Shown: positions 17,802 through 27,450 of the stretch, piece after piece
Layout of the letters: every line of letters begins with the position of its first letter
How positions within the stretch are numbered: the stretch's first letter is position 1
Sequence record: NC_049850.1
Reading direction: 5' to 3' (one strand)
Length of the DNA stretch: 64,000 nucleotides
Position numbers and translations under genes: made by a program
The notes under the pieces: generated by a model
Told to the model about the DNA's origin: nothing
Databases searched by the model: none
Seen by the model: only the letters and a program-made list of their open reading frames with translations

Positions 17802-18419
17802 TCAGGCCGCTTTTTTCTCGCGCTCCGGGGCCGCCGCTTCGGCCGCCCCCGCCGCCTGCGCTTGTGCCTGCGCCTGCACGTTTCGCGCGTTCACGATCTC
17901 CTGTGCAAGGGACATGAGTTTCCCCGCGATCTCCAGCAATTCCTCCGGGGCGGCCGACGGGGGAACAGTGACGTGCATGTGCGCCGTGTCGAACCGGATG
18001 CCGGGCTTACGGCCGCCGCCCGGCGCGCGTTCGCGCGAGCCCTTGCAGACCGTAACCAGTTCGTTCAGCGTCTTCAGCTTCAGCGGCTCGATTTTCTTGA
18101 TGAGTGCGTCGACGAGCGCTTGCTTTTGCAGATCGCCCGCCCAGCTTCGCACGTCTTCCTCCCCGAGAAAATCGAAAAGCATGATCGCCCCGGCAATGCG
18201 GCGGTTCACGGTTTTCCAGTCGATCCCGGCCGGGGTGTCGCACTTGTAGCCCGCGTCAAAGAAAATCTTTTGAAGCTGGGCGCGGGCCAGACGGCGCGAC
18301 GGGTAGGAATCCAGAATGACCGCGAACCCCACAGCGATTTCGCACTGGAGCGCAACCTGACGGTTGAGCGCCGACTTTGCGATGATTTGCGAGTATGCAC
18401 GAATGTTCGTCTTGTTCAT
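17802..18419 (-). CDS. hypothetical helical protein (205 aa)
   Basis: AGGGGG RBS; terminator 18581-18614 upstream. Confidence 0.8.
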   Translation of the reverse strand: MNKTNIRAYSQIIAKSALNRQVALQCEIAVGFAVILDSYPSRRLARAQLQKIFFDAGYKCDTPAGIDWKTVNRRIAGAIMLFDFLGEEDVRSWAGDLQKQALVDALIKKIEPLKLKTLNELVTVCKGSRERAPGGGRKPGIRFDTAHMHVTVPPSAAPEELLEIAGKLMSLAQEIVNARNVQAQAQAQAAGAAEAAAPEREKKAA

Positions 18420-18625
18420 AAATCCCCCTATCGGTTAAGGGCCTACACATGAGGGGCAGGCTTGCCCCGCACTTTCATGGTAGGACACCCCACAAGAAAA
18501 TCAAGCATATAAGGGTTTTTCTTACTTCTCATATGGTTACAAGTCTGTAAGACCGTATAGGGTCAGGCCCCAATCAGCACAAAAGAAAAGGGGCCCCATA
18601 GGGGGCCCCTTTTTGTACCGGACAG

Positions 18626-18913
18626 TTAAGCCGGTTCGTAATCCATCGAAAACCCGATGATATCGGACGCGAGCAGGACGCGCCGCGTGTTCACGCGATC
18701 CGTGATCGTGTTCCGCTGTCGCGGGTCGGGATTGCTGACGACGACGTTACGGCATTCGTAGAGGATAAACAGCCCGTCTGCGGCATCCGCTTCCGTAGTG
18801 TCGTCGGTGCCTGTCAGGCTGTGTCCGGACGACAGGTGAACGGTTACAACGGCCCCCTCCGGGATACGTGCGATAACCGGATTCGGAATCGTTTCAAGGG
18901 TGATAGCGGTCAT
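18626..18913 (-). CDS. hypothetical protein (95 aa, MTAITLE...)
   Basis: GGAGGA RBS. Confidence 0.7.
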   Translation of the reverse strand: MTAITLETIPNPVIARIPEGAVVTVHLSSGHSLTGTDDTTEADAADGLFILYECRNVVVSNPDPRQRNTITDRVNTRRVLLASDIIGFSMDYEPA

Positions 18914-19318
18914 GGTCTGTTCCTCCCCATTACGCGAGTTTGCCGCGTGCGTCGTGCTTCTCACGGCGTGCCTTGCGTCGCGCCTGTTCACGCGTGCGCA
19001 CCGCGTCGGCATCGCGTGCCGGGGCTTTGCGCGAGATACGTTCGAAATGTGCGTTGCCTTGCATTTGCATGATGGTTCCCTTAGAGAAGGTTTGTTAAGT
19101 AAGTGTGTGTATCATACCGGGTTTAATTTCGTCCGTCAATTAAACCCGTACTAAAATTAGGCTTTTATGCTGCCTGCATGCCGCGCACTTGCCGGATTGC
19201 ATCGCGCACTTGCTCACGTGCGAACGGGAACCGGCGCAGGTTGCGCAGACCGTAATTGATGCCGATAAATTCGATTGCCGTTTCGATATCGCGGAAGGTC
19301 TTCATAGTGAACTCCAAA

Positions 19319-19762
19319 TTAAAAGAAAATGACGGTGCGCGCTTCCTCGTCAAAATCGACGCACATATTCCAATCACGGCCGCGCGACGTGACCATATCG
19401 CATGCGTCAGTCAGCCGCGCGCCCAGACCCCCGGCTTTCAGTTCCGCGCGATCCCAGAAACCCGTGCCGTGACCCTGACTCGTCAAATACAGGTCATGCC
19501 CGAAAGACGCGAAGGGCCATTCGTGCGCACGCGCGCCCCCGAAGTCTTGCGCGCAGCGGTCGCCATAACCGGGGCGCGTAACCGCATCGATGCAATCCGC
19601 ATGATACGCGAGCAGGAACGCACGAACGCCCTTTTCCACGTGTGCGCGCCCTTCCGGAGTCGCTTCGTAGTCGCTCGATTCGTCGGGGCTGTCGGCCCAG
19701 ATAGCCGCGATGATGTAATGCCGAACGATGATATCGATTTGCGCGTCGCTGAAGTGTTGCAT
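19319..19762 (-). CDS. hypothetical phage protein (147 aa) with GHDLYLTSQGHGTGFWDR motif
   Basis: GAGG RBS; promoter TTGACG-N18-TACAAT with dyad at 19804-19861; motif recalls a widespread phage family (not verified). Confidence 0.85.
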   Translation of the reverse strand: MQHFSDAQIDIIVRHYIIAAIWADSPDESSDYEATPEGRAHVEKGVRAFLLAYHADCIDAVTRPGYGDRCAQDFGGARAHEWPFASFGHDLYLTSQGHGTGFWDRAELKAGGLGARLTDACDMVTSRGRDWNMCVDFDEEARTVIFF

Positions 19763-19856
19763 GGTTGCCTCTAGGCGGTTAGTGCTGCGTTGAAAGTGAT
19801 GCTATTGTATGCGGCCCGTTCTAGAGCCGTCAACAATAACCCACTAATTCGAGGGG

Positions 19857-20138
19857 TTATTCTTCGACCCACAAGCTAGGATCGCACGACGTTTCAATCC
19901 GGAAGTGCGACGCATCGCGATAACGGCGCACAAACAGGCGGCCGTGCTGCGCGTAGGTCATGCCTTCAGTCAGCCATGAAACATGGTGCAAATCGCCCGG
20001 CATCGGGGATTTGAGCGGCCCTGCGTGCGTGACACGAACGGGCGTGAATTCGTCAGGGAACAGCCGCGCATCGTAGCGCGTGCGCCGATAGTAGAGGGTC
20101 TTACCATCCACGTAATCCTGAAAGCATGCGGGTTTCAT
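19857..20138 (-). CDS. hypothetical protein (93 aa)
   Basis: AAGGGG RBS; stop inside dyad. Confidence 0.7.
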   Translation of the reverse strand: MKPACFQDYVDGKTLYYRRTRYDARLFPDEFTPVRVTHAGPLKSPMPGDLHHVSWLTEGMTYAQHGRLFVRRYRDASHFRIETSCDPSLWVEE

Positions 20139-20148
20139 GGTCGGCCCC

Positions 20149-20298
20149 TTACTCGGCATCGTACAGTGCGCACGCGTCGGCATAGCTAACGCCTTCGCAT
20201 TCCATGATCGTTTCGATCATGCGTTCGCGCTCGTCGGCTGCTGCCTCGTCGCGCATGTCGTCCATACCGTTCCGCCCCATCATTCCTACTTGTGCCAT
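20149..20298 (-). CDS. small acidic protein (49 aa)
   Basis: leader AACGAACCCGAAGGGGAACGAA-ATG; promoter 20335-20392. Confidence 0.7.
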   Translation of the reverse strand: MAQVGMMGRNGMDDMRDEAAADERERMIETIMECEGVSYADACALYDAE

Positions 20299-20334
20299 TT
20301 CGTTCCCCTTCGGGTTCGTTGAATCGATGGACAA

Positions 20335-20392
20335 ATAGTAACAGCCCCTTAGAGGGGCCGTCAACAATAACCACAAATAATTTGTGGTTATT
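20335..20392 (-). promoter_or_regulatory. early promoter TTGACG-N18-TACTAT with near-perfect 27-bp dyad AATAACCACAAA-TAA-TTTGTGGTTATT
   Basis: read directly. Confidence 0.85.
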
Positions 20393-20636
20393 CGGTGCGG
20401 AACAGGTGCGCGGGCGCGTCGTGCTCGTACCAGTAACGGGCATCGCGTAGCGTGTCATGACTGCCGACCGCGCGGCCGTCGATGCTGACGAGCCATCGAT
20501 TACGCGTAAGCGTCACCATACGCGCATGGGGCGGCCCGTCCGGGCTGTAGTTATCGCGTACCTGTACCAGTGCGCCGGACGGCGTGCAGGCCGCATACAG
20601 CCCGGCCTCTACACGTTTCAGGGGCGGCCGGTTCAT
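20388..20636 (-). CDS. hypothetical protein (82 aa)
   Basis: ATGA overlap with upstream stop; stop inside dyad. Confidence 0.65.
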   Translation of the reverse strand: MNRPPLKRVEAGLYAACTPSGALVQVRDNYSPDGPPHARMVTLTRNRWLVSIDGRAVGSHDTLRDARYWYEHDAPAHLFRTE

Positions 20637-21127
20637 TCCGGTTTCCACGTCGAATAGGCGGCGGTGCGCGCAACGAATTGCGCGATAGCCGCGTCGATCC
20701 GGGCGCACAGCTTCGCGTGGTGCGTTTCGTTGAGGGTCTGCCGACGCTTGCCCCCGGCTATCATGCGCACCCCAGCATGCACCACATACATGGCACCGGC
20801 CGGGCTTTCGACACGCCAGCTAGGCACGTTTCCGACGGTTGCCGTCTGTTCCACTTTCCAGCCCGCAACGTCGGGCCGGGCGGCGGCCGTAGCCGGGTCT
20901 GCGGCCCGCGCGCTCGCGATGGCCGGGGCCGTGCCCTTGTTCACGCGTGCCGACAGGTGCGCGACGTATGCGCGGAACGCATCGCCAATCGTGAACCCTG
21001 CGGGCAGTTCCGGAATCTCGCGCAGCAACGAATCGAACCCCCGCGCCCCTTTCTCGTAATCGAACCCGAGCACGGCCGCGAGCGCATCGCGGGCCGTCGG
21101 CGTCATTTGGTCATAAAGCTTTTTCAT
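20633..21127 (-). CDS. hypothetical protein (164 aa)
   Basis: AAGGGA RBS. Confidence 0.75.
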   Translation of the reverse strand: MKKLYDQMTPTARDALAAVLGFDYEKGARGFDSLLREIPELPAGFTIGDAFRAYVAHLSARVNKGTAPAIASARAADPATAAARPDVAGWKVEQTATVGNVPSWRVESPAGAMYVVHAGVRMIAGGKRRQTLNETHHAKLCARIDAAIAQFVARTAAYSTWKPE

Positions 21128-21140
21128 GGTGTCAAATCCC

Positions 21141-21335
21141 TTAACGGATCATGCGATGTTGGACGGTCACGAATGCTTGCCGGATCGCCCCGGCTTCGGT
21201 TTCCCACTCGTTAGCGGGCATCGGAAAACACGGATGCGACGCGAGCCACAGACCGGACGGCATGCACACGATATCGAACCCGAACGCGGCTACCACTTCC
21301 GCCTGAGACATGGTGTTAAGATCGCGTTGCATCAC
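21141..21335 (-). CDS. hypothetical protein (64 aa)
   Basis: overlapping stop/start. Confidence 0.6.
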   Translation of the reverse strand: MMQRDLNTMSQAEVVAAFGFDIVCMPSGLWLASHPCFPMPANEWETEAGAIRQAFVTVQHRMIR

Positions 21336-21832
21336 GCCCCCTTGGCTTTGCGCGGTGCCCGGCCTGCGAGCATATACACGGTTTCGCGGTACTTGGCGCG
21401 GGCCTTTTTCAGTTCGTTCAGTGCGAACGATTCGGACAAAAGCGGCTCGCCTTCGTCTGCGTTCACTGCCGACAGGATAAGCGCGCCTGCACGGTGTTCA
21501 AGCCTTACGCGAACGCCCGCGCGTTCCACCTGTTCCACGTAGCCGCACGTCAGCGCGTACAGCGTAAGCGAGCCGTCCGCGTTTTTAAGCAATACGTCGG
21601 GGCGCACGCGTTGCACGCGTTGTTTGCCATGACGGCGCGCGAGCCACACGCGATAATGCCCCTCGTCGGTGCGGCCGTCGATATAGCGACGCGCGGCGTC
21701 GAGCGTCATAAACTCCCCATGCGTGACGCCTACAACAGTTCGCGCGTCGCCGTGCATGACGACAAAACCCTCGCGCGTGCTGCCGGTCAAAACGTCGTCA
21801 ACGATAAAGAAACAGTTATGGATTTCGATCAT
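21332..21832 (-). CDS. hypothetical protein (166 aa)
   Basis: AAGGG RBS; promoter TTGACA-N17-TAGAAT with dyad at 21878-21934. Confidence 0.75.
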   Translation of the reverse strand: MIEIHNCFFIVDDVLTGSTREGFVVMHGDARTVVGVTHGEFMTLDAARRYIDGRTDEGHYRVWLARRHGKQRVQRVRPDVLLKNADGSLTLYALTCGYVEQVERAGVRVRLEHRAGALILSAVNADEGEPLLSESFALNELKKARAKYRETVYMLAGRAPRKAKGA

Positions 21833-21929
21833 GGTCAGCCCCTTTAGGCCGGTCTTTACTGCGTTGAAAGTGATTCTATTCTATGGGGCCTGCTGCCCCG
21901 TGTCAACAATAACCCCAGACTTTACTGGG

Positions 21930-22286
21930 TTATTCGTTGTCCATCATCCCGAGCCGGGCCCGGATCATTGACAGGCGTTCCGATACGGGCACGGCACGGC
22001 CGCCGCCCAGACGAACCCATCCCGCGCCAGACGGGCACGCGTCAATGTCATGCACCCCGGAATAAGCGGCGCAAATGTCGGCCGCACTGTTAGCCTGTAG
22101 CAGCGTATAACCGGCCGTGCGCGCGTGCTGCGCAGCATCCCGGCCTGACTCCCACACGCGAGCATGCGCCCGGCCCGTCTTCTGTTCACCCTCCCCTACA
22201 AACTGCGCGGGGCCCTGCGCGACGACACGCAGACGATAGCGCGTCGCGCCTTCGTGTTTCTGACGCATCACATACACTTGTTGCAT
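21930..22286 (-). CDS. hypothetical protein (118 aa)
   Basis: promoter TTGACG-N17-CATACT at 22322-22378; terminator 22384-22412 upstream. Confidence 0.7.
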   Translation of the reverse strand: MQQVYVMRQKHEGATRYRLRVVAQGPAQFVGEGEQKTGRAHARVWESGRDAAQHARTAGYTLLQANSAADICAAYSGVHDIDACPSGAGWVRLGGGRAVPVSERLSMIRARLGMMDNE

Positions 22287-22428
22287 ACCCTTAAAACTCC
22301 CGTTCGTGAATCGATGAGTGCAGTATGTGCGCGTGTGCCCGTACCGTCAACAGTACCAGACTAATTAACTCAGGTATTAGGGCAAAAGAAAAGGGCCCCT
22401 AGGGGCCCTTTTGCGAGTGCGCGACGGA

Positions 22429-22836
22429 TCAACGATAGAGGTATTCCGTCCCCTCAATATCGATGGTCGAATAATCGACGCTCAGATTTTTGGCGGTCGC
22501 GTCCCAATCGATGACGAGATAGGACGGGATTTCGCGCGGCATGTCCCCGATATCGGACACCAATTGTTCACAATACTCCGTGAAGTGGCTGTCACGAATC
22601 AGGCAGCCCGGATACCAATTACCCTCATATTGATGGTCGCCGCCTTCCCCGTTCAGTTCGGTCAGGATTTTTTCAAGCTGCTCCAGTTCGACCGCTTCGT
22701 CCGGGTTTTCGTCCGCCCAATCTGCGGCCCGGTCGTCGTCGCTGTCGTGCGTGTCGCGCTCGTCTTTCAGTTCGTCGTAACGGTCGCAAATGTCTGACAC
22801 GTTGATGATATCGGCGCTCAGGTCAAGATCGGACAT
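22429..22836 (-). CDS. highly acidic, ArdA-like putative antirestriction/DNA-mimic protein (135 aa)
   Basis: about 38 D/E vs 9 K/R by hand count; C-terminal YLVIDWDATAKNLSVDY resembles ArdA YFDYEAFARDL motif; promoter 22871-22927. Confidence 0.6.
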   Translation of the reverse strand: MSDLDLSADIINVSDICDRYDELKDERDTHDSDDDRAADWADENPDEAVELEQLEKILTELNGEGGDHQYEGNWYPGCLIRDSHFTEYCEQLVSDIGDMPREIPSYLVIDWDATAKNLSVDYSTIDIEGTEYLYR

Positions 22837-22956
22837 GGTGTTTACTCTGCTGTTTGGTTAAGGTGTTACCAGTATAGAGGGGAGAATTCCCCGCGTCAAG
22901 AATAACCCCATATAGTATAGGGCTATTTTTGACGGGGCCCGAAAGGGCCCGGGCCG

Positions 22957-23346
22957 TTATTCGGCGTCGTCTTCCTCGTCGGCCGTTTCGGCCGCGTGTT
23001 CCGCGTCGGGCACTTCCGACGTGCGCCCGAGCGATTCAGCCAGTTCGCGGAACCATACGGCGTCGCACCCATCCATGTCCGCATATTCGGCCGCCAGTTC
23101 CGCAAACGTGCCTTCACGCCCAGCGTAAGGCGACGTGTAGAACGATTCCAGCGCACCATCGCGCAAGATCGCCGCTTGAAAATCGGCGTTCGTCAGGAAT
23201 ACGAGCCCGCTATGCGTGTTGAACGCCGCTTGTACCTCTTCGGTGCTGAATTCTTCGGGCAGGCCGCCATCGTTCCATGCTTGCAGGATCGCGATGAGTT
23301 CGTCCCGCTCGCGACGCCCCATGTTTGCCATGTTGGTAAGCGACAT
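22957..23346 (-). CDS. acidic hypothetical protein (129 aa)
   Basis: AAGGA RBS; promoter TTGACA-N17-CACAAT at 23380-23436. Confidence 0.8.
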   Translation of the reverse strand: MSLTNMANMGRRERDELIAILQAWNDGGLPEEFSTEEVQAAFNTHSGLVFLTNADFQAAILRDGALESFYTSPYAGREGTFAELAAEYADMDGCDAVWFRELAESLGRTSEVPDAEHAAETADEEDDAE

Positions 23347-23433
23347 TCGTTTGATTCCTTATTCGTTCAGAGAGATTACATTGTGCCGGGTAGTGTTCTC
23401 TCTGTCAACAATACCCGAGTGCGGCGCGGGGTC

Positions 23434-23808
23434 TTACTTCGTCAACGCGCCCGACAGGCTTTTGACGCATGCGCCGTAAGCGGGCTCGCGTGCATCGTCG
23501 GGGCTCGCGCCCTTGAATGCGGGGCTGCTGTAAATCAGGGCCGCGTTACCCTTCATCAGATCGACAAGCGGACGCGCGACGCCCGCAAACGTGCGTTCGA
23601 TATCGGCCTGCGTTTCCGCGAGCGTCACCCCGCTATCACGTGCGCGAACCGACAAAACCGCAACGTCAGCAACGCCGTTACACGTCTGCGAAATGTTCGC
23701 CTTTTCTTCCGCCGTGAGCGGCGCAGCCTGCGCCGGAACCCCAGCCCCGCACGATGCGGCAGTCGCGAGCGCAGCGAACGCGACTGCGGAAACGGTACGT
23801 TTGAACAT
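23434..23808 (-). CDS. exported protein with Sec-type signal peptide (124 aa)
   Basis: MFKR + hydrophobic core + A-x-A; GGAG RBS; promoter 23848-23905. Confidence 0.7.
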   Translation of the reverse strand: MFKRTVSAVAFAALATAASCGAGVPAQAAPLTAEEKANISQTCNGVADVAVLSVRARDSGVTLAETQADIERTFAGVARPLVDLMKGNAALIYSSPAFKGASPDDAREPAYGACVKSLSGALTK

Positions 23809-23889
23809 GCTTGATTCTCCGGTTATGCGTCTGTTGAAAGTGAGTCTATTGTATGCGGGCCCGTGTAGGCCCGTCAACAATAAACCCCT

Positions 23890-24246
23890 TTACCGTAGGG
23901 TCTTCGCGATCCGACGCGCCCAGCGTCGAGCATAGCCCGCGCGTCGGCATCCGTGCGGATGAGTCGGCCCCGTGCCCTGCCCAAGACAATACAGATAGGC
24001 GCGAAGGGCTGCATTGATGCTTTCCGGGGTTGCACCCAGTTCACGCGCAAGGTTTTTGCGCCTCAGCCTGAGCAACGCCATAAGGCTGTCTGCCTCATAC
24101 GTGTAACGTTCGTGTTTCAGGCCCGCATGCGCCATGATGCACGAATCGATTGAGACACGGGAGCGCGGTTGCATGGCGGCGGCCCAGCCCGGAACCGGGG
24201 CCTTTCTTTGTCGCCAATATTCGGCGTGTTCACCTGTCACGATCAT
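23890..24246 (-). CDS. hypothetical protein (118 aa)
   Basis: ATGA overlap with upstream stop. Confidence 0.6.
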   Translation of the reverse strand: MIVTGEHAEYWRQRKAPVPGWAAAMQPRSRVSIDSCIMAHAGLKHERYTYEADSLMALLRLRRKNLARELGATPESINAALRAYLYCLGQGTGPTHPHGCRRAGYARRWARRIAKTLR

Positions 24247-24539
24247 GACTTGAGTCCCCGCACCAAACGGCAGACACCCATGTACTGACGGCGACAATCG
24301 GCCAGCCACGCGGCCCATGCTTCGGGGTATTCCCGGCCCCAGCCGATATAGAACCCGATCAAATCCTGATCGCGCCTTTGATTGCAGGACAGGGCGTCCG
24401 ACAACGCGAATTTATCCACGTCGAGCCGTTCCAGTTGATCGCGGATCGAATCGACCAACATGCACCCCGAGCCACGCACCCATGCATAAAACTCGAATTC
24501 GTTGATCGTGTCATCAGCAAACTTCACTTCGTTTTCCAT
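24243..24539 (-). CDS. hypothetical protein (98 aa)
   Basis: leader AACGAACCCGAAGGGGAACGAAG-ATG; promoter 24575-24631. Confidence 0.7.
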   Translation of the reverse strand: MENEVKFADDTINEFEFYAWVRGSGCMLVDSIRDQLERLDVDKFALSDALSCNQRRDQDLIGFYIGWGREYPEAWAAWLADCRRQYMGVCRLVRGLKS

Positions 24540-24626
24540 CTTCGTTCCCCTTCGGGTTCGTTGAGCGTGAAACCAGTATAGACGGGCACGCGGCACACGT
24601 CAACAATAACCCCGTGCTCTATAGGG

Positions 24627-25049
24627 TTAAATCAAAATCATTTCCGTGTAACCCAGCGTCCGGGCAATTGCCAGCAGCGCATCATTCCCCGCGCCCTGTT
24701 CGCACGACTCAAACGCGATTGGTGCGCCCGCGTCGTCGCGAATCTCGATACCTGCCGACACTAGGGCCCGGTCGAACGCGAGCCCGAACGATTCACGTCC
24801 CGCGCTTGTCTTCGCCACGCCGTAACCCGACGTGGTAGCGGCCCCGCAACGAACCCACAGCGACGCGTAGAGGTTCGTTGCGGACGTGCTGCGCGATGCC
24901 CAGTAACGCAATTCGCACACGTGTTCAAGCTTACCCGTTACCGGGTTAAGGGCAACGAGGGAAACGGTGCGGATGCGTTCCTTCGTCCCGTCGTGCTGCT
25001 GCGCGTTATCCTGTTCACCCTTAAACGTTACTTGCATACGTTGCCTCAT
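24627..25049 (-). CDS. hypothetical protein (140 aa)
   Basis: ATGA overlap. Confidence 0.7.
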   Translation of the reverse strand: MRQRMQVTFKGEQDNAQQHDGTKERIRTVSLVALNPVTGKLEHVCELRYWASRSTSATNLYASLWVRCGAATTSGYGVAKTSAGRESFGLAFDRALVSAGIEIRDDAGAPIAFESCEQGAGNDALLAIARTLGYTEMILI

Positions 25050-25549
25050 TCCGCCGCATTCTTGCCAAGGTGTTCCGCGAGCGGTTCACCATTTTTCATC
25101 AGCGTAACCGACTCCCCGGCCGTGCGCCCCGTACCCTCGTCGGACGTGATGACCCATGCATCATAGGCTGCATACGCGGCCGTCCGGTCGTCGCCTTCGT
25201 ACACAGTGCCGACGTTACCGACGATGACGAGATAGCCCGTGTTCGTCGGGTTCGCGATGCCTTCAATGACTTCGATAGCTTGCTCGCGCGTGCTGTAGCG
25301 GTGGAACTCGCCCAGCGTTTCCACGTTGCCGGTTTCCCCGTCGATCTTGCGCACCGAAAATTTCGTGATCCCCGACGGGTTCGTTTCTTGCGAAACGAAA
25401 TAGTACGAGCCGAAAATCAGCCAGCCCCGGGCCGGAAGTCGGGTCTTGAAAAACTTCATTGCATCAGCATCGAACCAGTGCCCGTTAGGATTCTTTTCGG
25501 CGTAGTGCGCGCGAATCGTGGACATGGTGACGGTCTTAGCGTTTTTCAT
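25046..25549 (-). CDS. hypothetical phage protein (167 aa) with GHWFDADAMKFFKTR motif
   Basis: AAGGGG RBS; promoter TTGACA-N17-CATAAT with dyad at 25586-25642. Confidence 0.8.
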   Translation of the reverse strand: MKNAKTVTMSTIRAHYAEKNPNGHWFDADAMKFFKTRLPARGWLIFGSYYFVSQETNPSGITKFSVRKIDGETGNVETLGEFHRYSTREQAIEVIEGIANPTNTGYLVIVGNVGTVYEGDDRTAAYAAYDAWVITSDEGTGRTAGESVTLMKNGEPLAEHLGKNAAE

Positions 25550-25819
25550 TTGGTGCCCCTTTAGGCGTCGTGATTGGATGACTGAATTATGCGCGGGCCC
25601 GTCTGGCGTGTCAACAATAACCCCAAAATTTTTATGGGTATTCAGGCAAAGAAAAAGCCCCGGCTGGGGCTTATAGGATGCGGGCCGCCTGTATGGCCGC
25701 CGCTCGCGTTCTGGCCGTCCCGTGAGACTGGCCCCGCACGTCGAAAATTTCCCATAGGCGACGGTCGCCTACGCGCTGAACATAGCCGCGCAGCGTTCCC
25801 CGCTCGTCATAAACGGGAG

Positions 25820-26497
25820 TCACGACCCGCGCTCGTCTAGCACTTCCGCCGCTTGCGTAATCGACAGGTTCGGCACGCCGTCAACCGTCCACGCTTCGAC
25901 TGTCTGCCCGGCAACGCGCGACAGTCTTACGGTTACTTCGATGCCGCGCAACCGGCCCGAGCGCGATGCCCCGGCCGCCGCCGCTACGTCGGCCTTTTCC
26001 GCGAAGCGATCGACCAGCGATTCTGCAAAATCGACCAGTTCACGGGCCGCCGCGAGCGGGATAGCCTTATGCGGTTGCGGGGCCGCGACGCGCGCAACCT
26101 CGTTTTCGGCGTCGCGTTGATGGATGAACGCGCCCCGACCGTCAACATACCAGTTACAGACAATCCAATCACGGGCCCGCGAATAGATCGCGCAGCACGT
26201 GACAGGCACGCCCCCGATATCTGCGGTTTCCGCGTGGTCGTCCTTCGACGTGCGGGCAATCTCGCGCGCGTCTTCCGCGAGTTTCGACACTTCGGCCGAA
26301 ATTTGATCGATGGTCATTACTTGTCCGTTCAACATGGTTTCGAATTCCATTTCATTTTCGAGAAAATACAGTTCGGGGGTGCCCGCGATAAGATGCCGGG
26401 CCGCCCGCGCTTGCTCGGCAGGCCATTCCGGATTATCGGGGAATGCGCGCCGGGCCCGGGCTAGTTCGATCCGCAAGTGTAGCGCGAGCGGTGACAT
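25820..26497 (-). CDS. multi-domain hypothetical protein (225 aa)
   Basis: TAATG overlap with upstream stop. Confidence 0.65.
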   Translation of the reverse strand: MSPLALHLRIELARARRAFPDNPEWPAEQARAARHLIAGTPELYFLENEMEFETMLNGQVMTIDQISAEVSKLAEDAREIARTSKDDHAETADIGGVPVTCCAIYSRARDWIVCNWYVDGRGAFIHQRDAENEVARVAAPQPHKAIPLAAARELVDFAESLVDRFAEKADVAAAAGASRSGRLRGIEVTVRLSRVAGQTVEAWTVDGVPNLSITQAAEVLDERGS

Positions 26498-26982
26498 TAT
26501 GCGACGAGCCGCTTAACGGGTTCAACGCTGCGCGGGTGATAAACCCGGCGCAGTTCAGCCAGCAAGGGCGCGTATTCTTCCGGGGTTGCCAGCTTCAAAT
26601 CGCGGCCCAGACTGCGCGACACTTCCCCATGCTGCCCCGTGTGCATGTAGGACATCACGTTACCCGGGTTGCAGTCTTTCGCGCTGTTACAGAAAAACGC
26701 GATTACGTAACCCTCGCGAAACTTGCGGAACACGACACGCAACGCGGGCGGCGCAAACTTCGCGGCCCCGTAGCGCTGCGCGTCTTCGGACAGGGCGCGC
26801 ACTCCCGAGGGGTCATGTGCATCCCGCGAGCCGTGAACGTCGACCAGATCGCCGCTGCGCTTATCGAATTGAAACGTGATCGGAACGCGGGGGCCAAACC
26901 CGGGCCATTTGCGCGCGAACGCTTCAACGTCTGCGGTCGTGCACTGCACGGTAAAGAATGCCCCATTATCGTATGCTCGCAT
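26497..26982 (-). CDS. two-domain hypothetical protein (161 aa) with SYMHTGQH...ATPEEYAPLLAEL motif
   Basis: GAGG RBS; promoter 27024-27080. Confidence 0.8.
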   Translation of the reverse strand: MRAYDNGAFFTVQCTTADVEAFARKWPGFGPRVPITFQFDKRSGDLVDVHGSRDAHDPSGVRALSEDAQRYGAAKFAPPALRVVFRKFREGYVIAFFCNSAKDCNPGNVMSYMHTGQHGEVSRSLGRDLKLATPEEYAPLLAELRRVYHPRSVEPVKRLVA

Positions 26983-27078
26983 GGTTGCCTCTAGGCTGTT
27001 AGTGCTGCGTTGAAAGTGAAACCAGTATAGGACTGGGCCGCCGCCCCGTCAACAATACCCGACTAAATCGCGGGGTCT

Positions 27079-27450
27079 TTATTCCGTGCCACGCAAGCGA
27101 CGCACAATTTCCGCGTGCGAAAGACCCGACATAAGGCGGTCAATTTCCGCTTGCTCGTCTGCCTGCCGTCGCTCGTCTTCTGCTGCCTGCCTAGCGAGTT
27201 CTGCGCGCCACTCTTTCAGGGCCCGCGCGCCCTTTTCCGTAGTGCGCGGATCAACCGACAGATAGAGCGTGACTTCGCGCCCCTCCCGGTCAACGAAAAC
27301 GGGCGTGCCGCTATTTTTCACCACTACCGTGAAATGCGACTGAACCAGACGGTTTACGGTGTCGGCATCGATAGCACCGCCAAACGATCCGCCCACAACC
27401 TTACGCGTGTTGTCGCTGTAGAGACGCGTGTGATAGCTGATATTGCGCAT
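27079..27450 (-). CDS. hypothetical protein (123 aa)
   Basis: promoter TTGACG-N17-CATACT with dyad at 27484-27540. Confidence 0.75.
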   Translation of the reverse strand: MRNISYHTRLYSDNTRKVVGGSFGGAIDADTVNRLVQSHFTVVVKNSGTPVFVDREGREVTLYLSVDPRTTEKGARALKEWRAELARQAAEDERRQADEQAEIDRLMSGLSHAEIVRRLRGTE

